DNA from: Candidatus Binatia bacterium
Lineage (GTDB): Bacteria > Desulfobacterota > Binatia > Bin18
Length of the DNA stretch: 64,000 nt
Assembly: GCA_965231765.1 (NCBI GenBank)
Contig: OZ246887.1
Span: 998,486-1,062,485, forward strand
Direction of reading: 5' to 3'
Position 1 is the first letter of the stretch, and each line of letters begins with the position of its first letter. The notes beneath the pieces were generated by a model. The model made no database searches and was not told the DNA's origin. It saw nothing but the letters and a program-made list of their open reading frames with translations. Shown one piece after another: positions 9,147-18,683 of the stretch. Both the position numbers and the translations under genes were made by a program.

Positions 9147-9974
9147 ATGGGTGTGATGGAGAAACTCCAGCTGGACGGCAAAATCATCATTATGACGGGA
9201 GCCGGGCGCGGCTTGGGTCGAGCAATGGCCCTCGATTTGGCCAAGGCTGGGGCCGACATTGTTGCTGCCGCTCGGACCAAGGAACAGATTGATGAGACGG
9301 CTGAGCTGATCCGCGCCACCGGCCGCCGCTGTATAGCCGTGCAGGTCAATATCACCGACTCAAGCTCTGTACAGGCCCTGGTTGATACCACACTTGCCGA
9401 GTTTGGTCGGATTGACGTGCTGGTCAATAATGCAGGCGGCGTCACCCGAGGCTGGAATAAACCGCTTGAGGCAATCAGTGATGAGCAGTGGCAGAAGGGC
9501 ATTGATACGAATCTGACTGGAGCAGTTTTTTGTTGCCGAGCCGTGATTCCCCAGATGCTCCAACAAAGTGGTGGTAAAATCGTCAACATTACCTCTGGCC
9601 TTGGTGTCCGAGCCAGTAAGTATAATTTCATGTACTCGGCGGCCAAAGCTGGCTTGATCAATTTCACCCGCTGTATGGCCATGAACTACGCTGATCAAAA
9701 TATCCAGACCAATCTCATCCTGCCCGGTATCTTCCCCCACGAGGATCCAGCCACGATGAACTTCTGGCAGGGCGGAAAATTCATCCCAGTTGGTCGCGTC
9801 GGCAAGGATGAAGAGCTCGGCTATTTGTGCGTCTTCTTGGCCTCAGATGTGTCCAATTATATGAATGGTGAAATGATCAGCACGGAAGGCGGCGGTCTCG
9901 CCGGTGGCCACGTCCCAACAGGCTTTGCTCCAGTTGTTCCGTTGCCAGCAGGTACAACTGGAGGTGCCAGATGA
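9147..9974 (+). CDS. SDR family oxidoreductase
   Basis: TGAGRGLGRAMA, NNAG and YSAAKAG motifs, with RBS GGAGGA. Confidence 0.9.
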   Translation: MGVMEKLQLDGKIIIMTGAGRGLGRAMALDLAKAGADIVAAARTKEQIDETAELIRATGRRCIAVQVNITDSSSVQALVDTTLAEFGRIDVLVNNAGGVTRGWNKPLEAISDEQWQKGIDTNLTGAVFCCRAVIPQMLQQSGGKIVNITSGLGVRASKYNFMYSAAKAGLINFTRCMAMNYADQNIQTNLILPGIFPHEDPATMNFWQGGKFIPVGRVGKDEELGYLCVFLASDVSNYMNGEMISTEGGGLAGGHVPTGFAPVVPLPAGTTGGAR

Positions 9975-10744
9975 GTCTGCCGGCCTTCTCTCTGCAAAAT
10001 AAAGCGGCGCTTATCATTGGTGCCTCCAATCCTATCGGGCGGGCACTCTCCCTGGCCTTAGCGGAAGCCGGAGCCGATACCGCCATTTCTACTATGCTTC
10101 CCTCGCCACAAGAAGTTGCGGCCATTCAATCTTGTGGCAACGCCATTCAAGAAATGGGCGGTAAGGTTTTTGCCCAGACCATCGATATTACGAGCGAAAC
10201 CGATGTGGATGCACTCGTCCAACGAACGGTTGCTGAGCTGGGCAGTCTCGATATCTTGGTCAACGCCCCAGATTTACCGTTTGCCAAGCCCGTGCCTGAG
10301 GTCTCACTGACAGAGTGGAATCGGGTGCTGGAAGTCAACCTAACGGGAGTCTATCTGAGCTGTCGAGCGGCTGCGGGTCCGATGTTACATCAGCAAAAGG
10401 GGCGCATCGTCAACGTGGTTTCGATGCTCGGGGAACGGGGCATGGCGAATGGCAGCGCGTATTGTGCCGCTCAAGCCGGTGTGTTGAACTTGACGCGTGC
10501 CTTGTCGCAAGAGTGGGCGCGCCAGGGGATCACCGTCAATGCGATTGGGGCTGGCTGGACGGAAGGCATGGGCATGATTGCGGATGAAGCGCTCCAAAAG
10601 CAGCTGACTCGTTACGTACCACAAAAACGTTTAGCCCAACCCGAAGATATTGGCGATGCCGTCGTCACCTTTGCGTCAGAGGCATCGGGTTTTATCACCG
10701 GTCAGGTCCTGTGGCTTGAAGGCGGAGTGCTGAGCCGCTTGTAA
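9971..10744 (+). CDS. SDR family oxidoreductase
   Basis: ATGA overlap with the upstream SDR. GASNPIGRA and YCAAQAG motifs. Confidence 0.9.
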   Translation: MSLPAFSLQNKAALIIGASNPIGRALSLALAEAGADTAISTMLPSPQEVAAIQSCGNAIQEMGGKVFAQTIDITSETDVDALVQRTVAELGSLDILVNAPDLPFAKPVPEVSLTEWNRVLEVNLTGVYLSCRAAAGPMLHQQKGRIVNVVSMLGERGMANGSAYCAAQAGVLNLTRALSQEWARQGITVNAIGAGWTEGMGMIADEALQKQLTRYVPQKRLAQPEDIGDAVVTFASEASGFITGQVLWLEGGVLSRL

Positions 10745-10828
10745 CACTGCATGCCTTTTTTCAAAAGAACCCACTCTTGTGCTAGAACTATAGTTGTTCT
10801 AGCCTCCCGTTCAGGTTAAAGGAGAGAC

Positions 10829-11674
10829 ATGTTACAGGCAGTCAAACGACAACAGCTCAGCGACGACTGGATCTGGCAGACCATTCGGGAAGAAGCTGCT
10901 CGGGAAGCGGAACAAGAGCCGGTGCTGGCCAGCTTTCTGCACTCGATTATTCTCAACCACTCGTCTCTTGAAGAAGCGCTCAGCTTTCATCTGGCGGGCA
11001 AGCTCACCAACCTCAATCTTCCGTCGATGTCTCTGCGGGACATTATCATGGAAGCCATGACTCAGGATAAAAATATCGGTAAAGCTGTCCGAGCCGATAT
11101 CAAAGGCGTGCGGGAACGCGACCCAGCCTGTTCCACCTATTTACTCCCGCTGCTGTATTATAAGGGTTTGCATGCCCTCGAAGCGTATCGGACTGCTCAC
11201 TGGCTGTGGACCCAGGATCGCAAAACCCTGGCCGCCTGCTTTCAGAACCGGATTTCGGAAGTCTTTGGTGTCGATATCCACCCCGCCGCTCGGATTGGCT
11301 CGGGCGTTTTTATTGACCATGGCACGAGTCTCGTGATTGGCGAGACCGCAGTCGTGGAAGATGAAGTGTCGATGCTCCAAGAGGTCACCCTGGGTGGAAC
11401 GGGAAAAGAGAGCGGCGACCGGCATCCCAAGATTCGGACGGGCGTGCTGATCAGCGCTGGGGCAAAAATCCTCGGCAATGTCGAAGTCGGCGCCAACGCT
11501 AAAGTTGGGGCGGGCAGCGTCGTGCTAAGCGATGTCGCAGCCGGTTGTACCGTGGTTGGTGTTCCGGCCAAAGTCGTTGGGCGCGGTACCCACAGCCACC
11601 CTGCGCTAGAGATGGACCACCAGTTCCCGACCGACGTGAATATTCCAGAATACATCCCGCTTGAAGAGCACTGA
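10829..11674 (+). CDS. cysE: serine O-acetyltransferase
   Basis: SATase N-terminal helices plus hexapeptide repeats DIHPAARIGSGVFIDHGTSLVIGETAVV..GDRHPKI. Confidence 0.85.
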   Translation: MLQAVKRQQLSDDWIWQTIREEAAREAEQEPVLASFLHSIILNHSSLEEALSFHLAGKLTNLNLPSMSLRDIIMEAMTQDKNIGKAVRADIKGVRERDPACSTYLLPLLYYKGLHALEAYRTAHWLWTQDRKTLAACFQNRISEVFGVDIHPAARIGSGVFIDHGTSLVIGETAVVEDEVSMLQEVTLGGTGKESGDRHPKIRTGVLISAGAKILGNVEVGANAKVGAGSVVLSDVAAGCTVVGVPAKVVGRGTHSHPALEMDHQFPTDVNIPEYIPLEEH

Positions 11675-11701
11675 GCACCTTCCCTCTGTACGGCTCAAGA
11701 C

Positions 11702-11920
11702 ATGCTGCGACTGTACGACTATCTTCCGTCCGGCAACGGCTATAAAGTCCGCTTGCTCCTGACCCAGCTTGATACTGCGTTCGAGCGGATCGAACTGGAA
11801 GCCTCGGAATGGATTAATACCTATCGTGCCTTTTGGGAGAAACGCCTGGGTCATCTGGAGTATCACCTGCGTCTTCTTGGCACACTAGCGCTTGAATCCA
11901 CTACACAGAAGCATCTATGA
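11702..11920 (+). pseudogene. gene remnant: GST N-terminal fragment fused to unrelated tail
   Basis: MLRLYDYLPSGNGYKVRLLLTQL resembles the first ~33 aa of a glutathione S-transferase. Resemblance is then lost, and the tail ..FWEKRLGHLEYHL resembles the C-terminus of another family. Confidence 0.45.
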
Positions 11921-11954
11921 TGCGCTCATACCGATTGCCAAAGGAGAGTGCATC

Positions 11955-13790
11955 TTGGATACCGTCTCTGTGACCAATGAACGGATCGCTCAGCGCATCA
12001 CAGCCTTGTGTCAACGGCTGGAGCAAGAACAGGTTGATGTCTATCTGGTGCCGTCTGCGGATTCACATCTCAATGAATATGTGTCCGTCCACCAGCAACG
12101 CCGGGCCGCGATTAGTAATTTCACTGGCTCTGCGGGAGATGCGTTAATTAGCCGGCAGGGCAGCCATGTCTTTGCAGACTCGCGCTATTATCTGCAAGCT
12201 GACCAAGAGGTGGACCCGGCGCTCTTTCACATCCACAAAGTTGGTATGGAAGGCGAGCAGACACTCACCGAATGCCTGCGGGAGCTGGAAAAGGAACGCG
12301 GCAGCTTGCGGGTCGGCTATGATCCGTTTGTCGTCGCCATGGACATGCAGGCAACCTATACCAAAAGCTTGAAAGCCGCCGACTCAGCCCTAGTCCCTAT
12401 TTCTGGCAACTTGGTCGATGCAGTCTGGGAGAATCGCTCGGTGGCTGTCTCTCAGCCGATCTATCTGCTGTCCGATGCGGAAACTGGACGCTCAGTGGCC
12501 GACAAACTCAGCGCAGTCCGGAAAGAAATGGACCAGGAAGAGGCAGCAGTCTTAATCCTGACCAAGCTTGATGAAATTGCCTGGTTGACCAATTTGCGGG
12601 GCAGCGATGTGTCCTATAACCCAGTGTTTGAGGCGTATATGGTTATCGAGCATGAGCGGGCAACCTGTTTTACCCGTCTGACGCCGGAACCAGAGATACA
12701 GGACGCCCTCGTTCCGCATGTCACATTTGCGCCCTATGAGGCGTACACAGAGACCCTGCAACGGATTGGGACCGAAATAAGCGGAGCAAGTGGAAAAATC
12801 TGGCTCGACCCGTCCGGCACAACCATGGGCACCCGTTTGCTGCTGCCTGAAGGCCAGCAGATTCACGAAGCCCGCAATCCTGTTGTGCTGATGAAAGCCC
12901 TCAAAAATGAAGTTGAGATCACTGCGAGTCGTGATGCGCATAAACGCGCTGCCGCAGCGAAGATTCGCAGTCTGGCCCGCATGGAATGCGCGCGGGCTGA
13001 GGGCCAGGTTGTCAGTGAAAAGGCGTATGCTCAGATGCTCAGCGAAGAATATGCCCGCGAAGAGGGCTATCGCGACCTCAGCTTCACAACGATTTCAGCA
13101 GTGGGGGCGAATGGCGCGATTGTCCACTATGGTGGTGCCAACGACGAAGTCGCCTTGCGTGATGGCGAGTTATTCCTGGTCGATTCAGGCACCCAGATGG
13201 GTGCTGGTACGACGGACGACACACGGACGATTTGCATCGGCACACCGACTGCACGTCAACAACAGCTGTATACCTTAGTCTTACGCTGTCACATCCAGTT
13301 GGCCCGTCAAAAGTTTCCAGATGGCACCAGTGGCGTTGCCCTCGACGCGCTCACGCGGGGCCAGATGTGGAACGCTGGGCTTGATTACGGCCACGGCACC
13401 GGCCATGGCGTTGGCGCTCTTCTGAATGTCCATGAAGGTCCCCAACGCGTAGCCCCCCGAGGCAGTGATGAGCCCCTGAAGCCAGGCATGATTATCTCGA
13501 ATGAACCGGGCTATTACGAAGCTGGCTGGGGCGGGATTCGGCTGGAAAATCTCTACGTTGTGACAGTAGATGAAACACTGCCGGAACATCCGAGCGGCAA
13601 AAAATGGTACCAGTTGGATACCCTCACCTTGATTCCGTTTGATCACCGTTTGATTGATTGGGAGCAGCTGAGCGAGCCCGACCGGGATTGGTTGGCTGCG
13701 TATCACAGGCAGGTCTTGGAGACCATTCAGCCGGTGCTCAGTGACGGAGATCAGGTCTGGCTGCGGGCGGCGTGTGAGCCGTTTTTGTAG
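11955..13790 (+). CDS. M24B Xaa-Pro aminopeptidase (long form with creatinase-like N-domains)
   Basis: GYDPF.., HYG, DSG..GTTD, GHGVG..VHE and NEPGYY metal-ligand motifs. Start set to the TTG 8 nt after AAGGAG. The track start at 11892 is also possible. Confidence 0.85.
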   Translation: MDTVSVTNERIAQRITALCQRLEQEQVDVYLVPSADSHLNEYVSVHQQRRAAISNFTGSAGDALISRQGSHVFADSRYYLQADQEVDPALFHIHKVGMEGEQTLTECLRELEKERGSLRVGYDPFVVAMDMQATYTKSLKAADSALVPISGNLVDAVWENRSVAVSQPIYLLSDAETGRSVADKLSAVRKEMDQEEAAVLILTKLDEIAWLTNLRGSDVSYNPVFEAYMVIEHERATCFTRLTPEPEIQDALVPHVTFAPYEAYTETLQRIGTEISGASGKIWLDPSGTTMGTRLLLPEGQQIHEARNPVVLMKALKNEVEITASRDAHKRAAAAKIRSLARMECARAEGQVVSEKAYAQMLSEEYAREEGYRDLSFTTISAVGANGAIVHYGGANDEVALRDGELFLVDSGTQMGAGTTDDTRTICIGTPTARQQQLYTLVLRCHIQLARQKFPDGTSGVALDALTRGQMWNAGLDYGHGTGHGVGALLNVHEGPQRVAPRGSDEPLKPGMIISNEPGYYEAGWGGIRLENLYVVTVDETLPEHPSGKKWYQLDTLTLIPFDHRLIDWEQLSEPDRDWLAAYHRQVLETIQPVLSDGDQVWLRAACEPFL

Positions 13791-13871
13791 AGGCTATGGC
13801 TTAGCTCAAGGGTGAGGATGCGCACGTTACGACCTGACCGTAAAACACCCTCAGCCTACACAATATTGGCT

Positions 13872-13888
13872 CTCTCCCTGAGGGAGAG
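13872..13888. repeat. CTCTCCC-tga-GGGAGAG palindrome (REP-like family B)
   Basis: Read directly in a convergent intergenic spacer. Confidence 0.6.
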
Positions 13889-13910
13889 GGAGAAACTACA
13901 GGGGCTCAGG

Positions 13911-14339
13911 CTACGCAATTTCAACCAGCTCGATATCGAATGTCAGATCTTTTCCGGCTAACTTATGATTGGCGTCAACCGTGAGTTTGGTCCCAGACAA
14001 GGCCGTGACTTTCACCACAAGTGGCTGGCCTTCTTTTGGGCGCATTTGGAGCTGTTGGCCGACTCTGACTTCGAGGTTCTCGGGGAGTTGGTTGCGGTCC
14101 ATCTCCGCCACCATTTCCGGACGGTGGACACCATACCCCTGCTCGGGTGGGATATTGACCGTCACAGATTCGCCAGTCTTCAACCCTTCGACGGCTTTTT
14201 CAAAACCAGCAATCAGCTGGCCTTTGCCAATCGTAAACTCAAGCGTGTCCTTACCAGCAGAGGAGTCAAAGACCGTGCCGTCCTCTAATTTTCCAGTGTA
14301 GTGAACGCGTACGGTATCGCCTCGTTTTGCTTTTGCCAT
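13911..14339 (-). CDS. FKBP-type peptidyl-prolyl cis-trans isomerase (SlyD-like)
   Basis: MAKAKRGDTVRVHYTGKLEDGTVFDSS, with ATG at 14339 after GGAGGAGAG. Confidence 0.85.
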   Translation of the reverse strand: MAKAKRGDTVRVHYTGKLEDGTVFDSSAGKDTLEFTIGKGQLIAGFEKAVEGLKTGESVTVNIPPEQGYGVHRPEMVAEMDRNQLPENLEVRVGQQLQMRPKEGQPLVVKVTALSGTKLTVDANHKLAGKDLTFDIELVEIA

Positions 14340-14376
14340 AATCTCTCTCCTCCAGACTAGCGGGTAGATACAAAAA

Positions 14377-14410
14377 GGCCCCTGGAACCGTGAGCAGGTT
14401 TCCAGGGGCC
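14377..14410 (-). terminator. rho-independent terminator of the thiolase/CoA-transferase operon
   Basis: 11-bp stem GGCCCCTGGAA/TTCCAGGGGCC, flanked by an A-run on the left and a T-run on the right. Confidence 0.7.
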
Positions 14411-14568
14411 TTTTCTTTTCTGAACCAACCCAACTTATGCTCAACGAGTATGGGCGTGAGTCTACTTGGTTTCCGGCATCAATACAAGCCGAGCCAGACG
14501 GGACAGCCTCTCTCACTGCTCATGAAGCTCGGCTCTCAGCAGCTCCCAGAGCCTGGTCTTCGGATTGA

Positions 14569-15771
14569 TCAGCCAATAATGGAGGTGACTCTGAGGCGTT
14601 CAATATCGTCCGAGCTGTAACCCAGTCCCAGCAAAATCTCATCGGTATGCTGACCAAGGGTCGGCGGAGGACTCTGGACCGCGGCTGGGGTATCGGAGAA
14701 ACGCCACACGGGTCCGATCGTCTCAAAGGTCCCAGCCGTCGGGTGCTCAATTTCGCGGACGACATCCAACTCTTGGATCTGTGGATGCTGAAACAGGCTC
14801 ATATAGTTGGTAAACGGCACGGCATCGCCTTGAAACTCATGAATGAGATGCACAATTTCATCGTTTGTCTTTGTCGCAAACGCCTTTTCCCAAATCGGCT
14901 TGACTTCCGCCACATACCGCCCAACCCCAGTGACTTCACGTCCAAAGCCATCAAAGCGCGGGTCGGCCAAGGACTCTTCCATGCCAAGCGAGATCAGGAG
15001 CCGATCCCAGTCTTCACTACTGCCACGCCGCAGACTAAAAAAGACGTAGCCGTCTTTGGTCTTGTAGCCTTCATCAGGCGGCTTGGTATAGCTATCAAGG
15101 TGAAATCCGTACCAGTCGTCCGGATCGGTCATCGACGTCCACATAATGCCCCGCATGTGCAGCAGCGTCCCCAACATACTGACTGAGACCCGCTGTCCTC
15201 CGCCTTTGCGCAACCGATGGAACAGTCCAGCTGTCACTGCTTGAGAGATAAATACGCCTGTGCTGAGACTGGCAACATCCGTGCCTAAACGCACCGGCGG
15301 TTCCCCAATCCGGCCCAGCGAGTTGGTGTAGTCGGCCATCGCTTGAATGACGAGTTCAGCCCCAGGCAGATTGCTCAGCGGACCCTTTTCACCAAAGGCA
15401 CTGACTGCGCAGTAGATCAGTTTGGGATTGAGAACCTGCAAGTCGGCATACCCCAGCCCGAGCTTCTCAGCCTCCCCCGCGCCAAAGTCTTCCAGCACGA
15501 CATCTGCCTGTGTCACCAGGCGCCGCACGATTTCCTGGCCTTCAGCCGTGTGTATATCAAGCCCAAGACTCTTCTTATTGCGGTTGAGACTGAGGAAAAC
15601 TGCGCTCTCATCCCCGATAAACGGTGGTCCCATCGTCCGCGAGGCATCCCCGTCGAGCGGCTCAATCTTCACAATCTCCGCCCCAGCATCGCCAAGACGC
15701 ATCGAGCCAAACGGGCCGCATAACCCTTGGGTCAAATCAACAATGCGATAGTCGGATAGCGCACCAGGCAT
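14569..15771 (-). CDS. family III CoA-transferase (CaiB/BaiF)
   Basis: YRIVDLTQG..LGDAGAEIVKIEP..GD and NRNKKS motifs. Confidence 0.9.
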   Translation of the reverse strand: MPGALSDYRIVDLTQGLCGPFGSMRLGDAGAEIVKIEPLDGDASRTMGPPFIGDESAVFLSLNRNKKSLGLDIHTAEGQEIVRRLVTQADVVLEDFGAGEAEKLGLGYADLQVLNPKLIYCAVSAFGEKGPLSNLPGAELVIQAMADYTNSLGRIGEPPVRLGTDVASLSTGVFISQAVTAGLFHRLRKGGGQRVSVSMLGTLLHMRGIMWTSMTDPDDWYGFHLDSYTKPPDEGYKTKDGYVFFSLRRGSSEDWDRLLISLGMEESLADPRFDGFGREVTGVGRYVAEVKPIWEKAFATKTNDEIVHLIHEFQGDAVPFTNYMSLFQHPQIQELDVVREIEHPTAGTFETIGPVWRFSDTPAAVQSPPPTLGQHTDEILLGLGYSSDDIERLRVTSIIG

Positions 15772-15795
15772 AGTCTTCTCGTTTTTCTCTGCTCT

Positions 15796-16947
15796 CTATG
15801 TTTCAATGCCAAACTCGCGCAGGACTTCCTGAGTATGCTCTCCCTTGAGTCCGCCCGGACGAACTGGGCCAGCTGGGGTTTGACTAAATTCCCACGGCAC
15901 CCCGTCAACGCTGAGCGTGCCCCAATGCGGGCTGTCCATATCAACAATATGTTCGTTCTGCAGCACTTGGGGATGGTAGCGGAGTGCCTCAAAATCCTGG
16001 ACCCGACTATTCGACACCTGCTCCTTGGTCAGCCGAATCACCCACCAAGCAACCGGTTTGGCCCGAAACCGCTCTTCGAGGAGTGGGATCAGTTCCTGAC
16101 GATGCTCGACCCGTTTGGGGTTCGTAGCGAAACGCGGATCATCAATCAGCTCCTCCGCTTTGATGGCCCGGCAGAAGCGCGGCCACTGATCTTCACTGAC
16201 CACTCCAACAGTGATATATTTCTGATCCTCACATAAGAAGGCTTGGTGCGGGACTGTTGTTGTGACTGCACTGCCCATCGGCGCAGGCTGTTCTTGGGTA
16301 GCAAAATACTCGGCCAAGCGACTTGTTTGCAGCGACATCGACGCCGCTAACATTTCGATTTCGATATTCTGGCCCTGGCCTGTTTTCTCACGTGCCAACA
16401 AGGCTTGCAGGACGGCTTCGACAATCATCGAGCTCGTATTGATATCCAGATGCGCAAAATGACGAAACATCTCACCCTGCGAGCCTGGCTGGCCAGTCGT
16501 ACTACACCAACCCGAGAAAGCTTGAACAGTCGGATCAACGCCGGCCTCTTTTGCCATTGGCCCGGTTCTTCCGTAGGCCGAAGCTGAGACATACACCATC
16601 TTGGGATTCACCTGCGACACAACATCATAGCCAAGCCCCAAGCGTTCAACCGCCCCCGGCCGCATGTTTTGGATAAACACATCACTCTTCTCAAGCATCT
16701 TGAGCGCAATAGCGCGGTCAGCCTCTTGCTTAAGATCTAAGACGATATGTCGCTTATTAAAGTTGGCCGAGATATACAATACAGCCGAACCCTTAATCGG
16801 CGGAGGAATATAATGTGACAACTCGCCATCCGGAGACTCGACTTTGATGACATCAGCCCCCATCTCACCCAACAGCTTAGAAGCCCACGGGCCAACCGCT
16901 GCAATACTCAGATCAAAGACACGAATACCATCAAGAATACCAGGCAT
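15796..16947 (-). CDS. family III CoA-transferase (CaiB/BaiF)
   Basis: MPGILDGIRVFDLS.. with ATG at 16947 after GGAGGA. NFNKRH motif. Confidence 0.9.
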   Translation of the reverse strand: MPGILDGIRVFDLSIAAVGPWASKLLGEMGADVIKVESPDGELSHYIPPPIKGSAVLYISANFNKRHIVLDLKQEADRAIALKMLEKSDVFIQNMRPGAVERLGLGYDVVSQVNPKMVYVSASAYGRTGPMAKEAGVDPTVQAFSGWCSTTGQPGSQGEMFRHFAHLDINTSSMIVEAVLQALLAREKTGQGQNIEIEMLAASMSLQTSRLAEYFATQEQPAPMGSAVTTTVPHQAFLCEDQKYITVGVVSEDQWPRFCRAIKAEELIDDPRFATNPKRVEHRQELIPLLEERFRAKPVAWWVIRLTKEQVSNSRVQDFEALRYHPQVLQNEHIVDMDSPHWGTLSVDGVPWEFSQTPAGPVRPGGLKGEHTQEVLREFGIET

Positions 16948-17029
16948 GATTCCTCCACTGATCAGGACTGAGGGCTGAGTCAAAATATGACTCTTCGTGA
17001 TTCCCCCGCTCAGTCCTCATCACTCCGTC

Positions 17030-17443
17030 CTATTTTTTGGCCGGTTTAAACTTCGCCAGTGTCACTTCATCGGTAATGTCGTCAAAGATGATTTCGACTG
17101 GCATACCGATCTGAATATCCGCATCGTCTACCTCGACTAAGTTGGTCAGTAAACGTGGGCCTTCTTCCAGCTCGACCTCGGCAACGTTATACGGGATGTC
17201 GTCTTTAAAAGACGAAAAATATGCCTGATGAAACACAACCCAAGAGTTGACTTTACCTCGGCCACTCAGCTTTTGCCACGAAAAATTCCGTGACCAACAC
17301 TCGGGGCAGAACGGCGCGGGTGGATACCAGAGTTTGCCGCAGTCGTCGCATTTCGGCATCACAACCTGACGTTGCTTGAGACCGTCCCAGTACGGCTGAT
17401 TGAGCGAGGAGATGGCCGGCATGGGTTTCGTATATTCAGCCAT
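17030..17443 (-). CDS. Zn-ribbon OB-fold protein (DUF35 family)
   Basis: CDDCGKLWYPPAPFCPECWS zinc ribbon. ATG at 17443, abutting the thiolase stop. Confidence 0.85.
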   Translation of the reverse strand: MAEYTKPMPAISSLNQPYWDGLKQRQVVMPKCDDCGKLWYPPAPFCPECWSRNFSWQKLSGRGKVNSWVVFHQAYFSSFKDDIPYNVAEVELEEGPRLLTNLVEVDDADIQIGMPVEIIFDDITDEVTLAKFKPAKK

Positions 17444-17445
17444 GC

Positions 17446-18624
17446 TTACCTCCGATAAATCAGCGAATCGCCATAGGCATTTGCCCACTGGGCGACCTCG
17501 GCATTTGACACTTGCCGCTCGCCACATTCTCCGCGCAATTGGCGTACCAGCTCGACCTGATGGTTCCAGCCCATGATATGTCCCTCAGACATGAGTCCGC
17601 CGTTGGTATTCATCGGTAGCTCTCCACCGACTTCAATGCGGCCGCCTTGGGTAAACGCGGCGGCCTCGCCCTGGCCGCAGAAACCAAACCGCTCTAAAGC
17701 TGTCCAGGCCAGAATGGCAAACGCGTCGTAAGAGAACAGCACATCGATGTCTTTGGGCGAGATACCTGCCATTGCGTACACCGGCTGCACTCCCGGTTCG
17801 TAGTCAAACACCTCTTGCTGTGAGGTCCCAAAGCCAGGATAGGTCCAGATGAATTCGTGCCGCCCAGCCGGTAAACCTTGCATGCCACTGATATAGACTG
17901 GCGGCTTTTTACAATCCTTGGCCCGTTCACTGCTCGTCACCAGCACACAGGCCGCGCCATCATTGATCAGGCAGTAATCCAGCAAGTGCAGAGGCTCGCA
18001 GACAAAACGGGAATTTTGGTGGTCATCAACTGTAATCGGCTCCCGCATAATCGCCCCAGGATTCAGCGCAGCATGTTTGCGAAACGCGACGGCAACGGAA
18101 GCCAAGTCACGACTCGTCGCCCCAAACCGGTCAAAATATTTCTGGGCCACCAGAGCAGCCCCCGCACCAGGTGAAGTCATGCCAAAGACCGGGTCCTCGC
18201 CATGTCCGCCACCGGCCTCGCGGCCGCCCTCTGTGTCGCCTGCCCCACCCATCATTGGTTTCCGAAAACCCGAAAAACTAATCGAGGCGAGACACGCAAC
18301 AGTCTTCGCCAAGCCAGCGCTGACCATAAGAGCCGCCCATTGCAGACAGCTGGCGGTAAAACGGCCATGCGCCCAGGTTTGATTGTACGCTTGCAGCTTC
18401 AGGCCCAAGGCATAGGCCAAGGTGTCGGCGTCCGCCCCGATAGGTGTACCAAAACTGACAATCAGCCCGTCTAAATCGTCACGTCCGAGCCCCGCATCAT
18501 CCAGCGCATTCCGAATCGCCTCGCCCGCCAGATCAATCTGGCTGCGGTTCAGACGACGGCCATACGGCGAGTGTCCCACACCGCACACAGCGGCTTTGTC
18601 CTTCAAATCCCACTCGGGCATCAA
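17446..18624 (-). CDS. thiolase-like (SCP-x/nonspecific lipid-transfer type) protein
   Basis: Thiolase-fold motifs (C-terminal NTNGGLMSEGH) and the typical DUF35 partner gene. Confidence 0.85.
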   Translation of the reverse strand: MMPEWDLKDKAAVCGVGHSPYGRRLNRSQIDLAGEAIRNALDDAGLGRDDLDGLIVSFGTPIGADADTLAYALGLKLQAYNQTWAHGRFTASCLQWAALMVSAGLAKTVACLASISFSGFRKPMMGGAGDTEGGREAGGGHGEDPVFGMTSPGAGAALVAQKYFDRFGATSRDLASVAVAFRKHAALNPGAIMREPITVDDHQNSRFVCEPLHLLDYCLINDGAACVLVTSSERAKDCKKPPVYISGMQGLPAGRHEFIWTYPGFGTSQQEVFDYEPGVQPVYAMAGISPKDIDVLFSYDAFAILAWTALERFGFCGQGEAAAFTQGGRIEVGGELPMNTNGGLMSEGHIMGWNHQVELVRQLRGECGERQVSNAEVAQWANAYGDSLIYRR

Positions 18625-18683
18625 CGGCCCTCCTTCGGCTGACAGGGTAGGATAGAACAGCGGGAGGTGTCAACAGGAAACAC

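Noticed and set aside
9065-9682. 205-aa minus-strand ORF
   Set aside because: It is antisense to the SDR gene at 9147-9974, which has clear TGxxxGxG, NNAG and YxxxK motifs.
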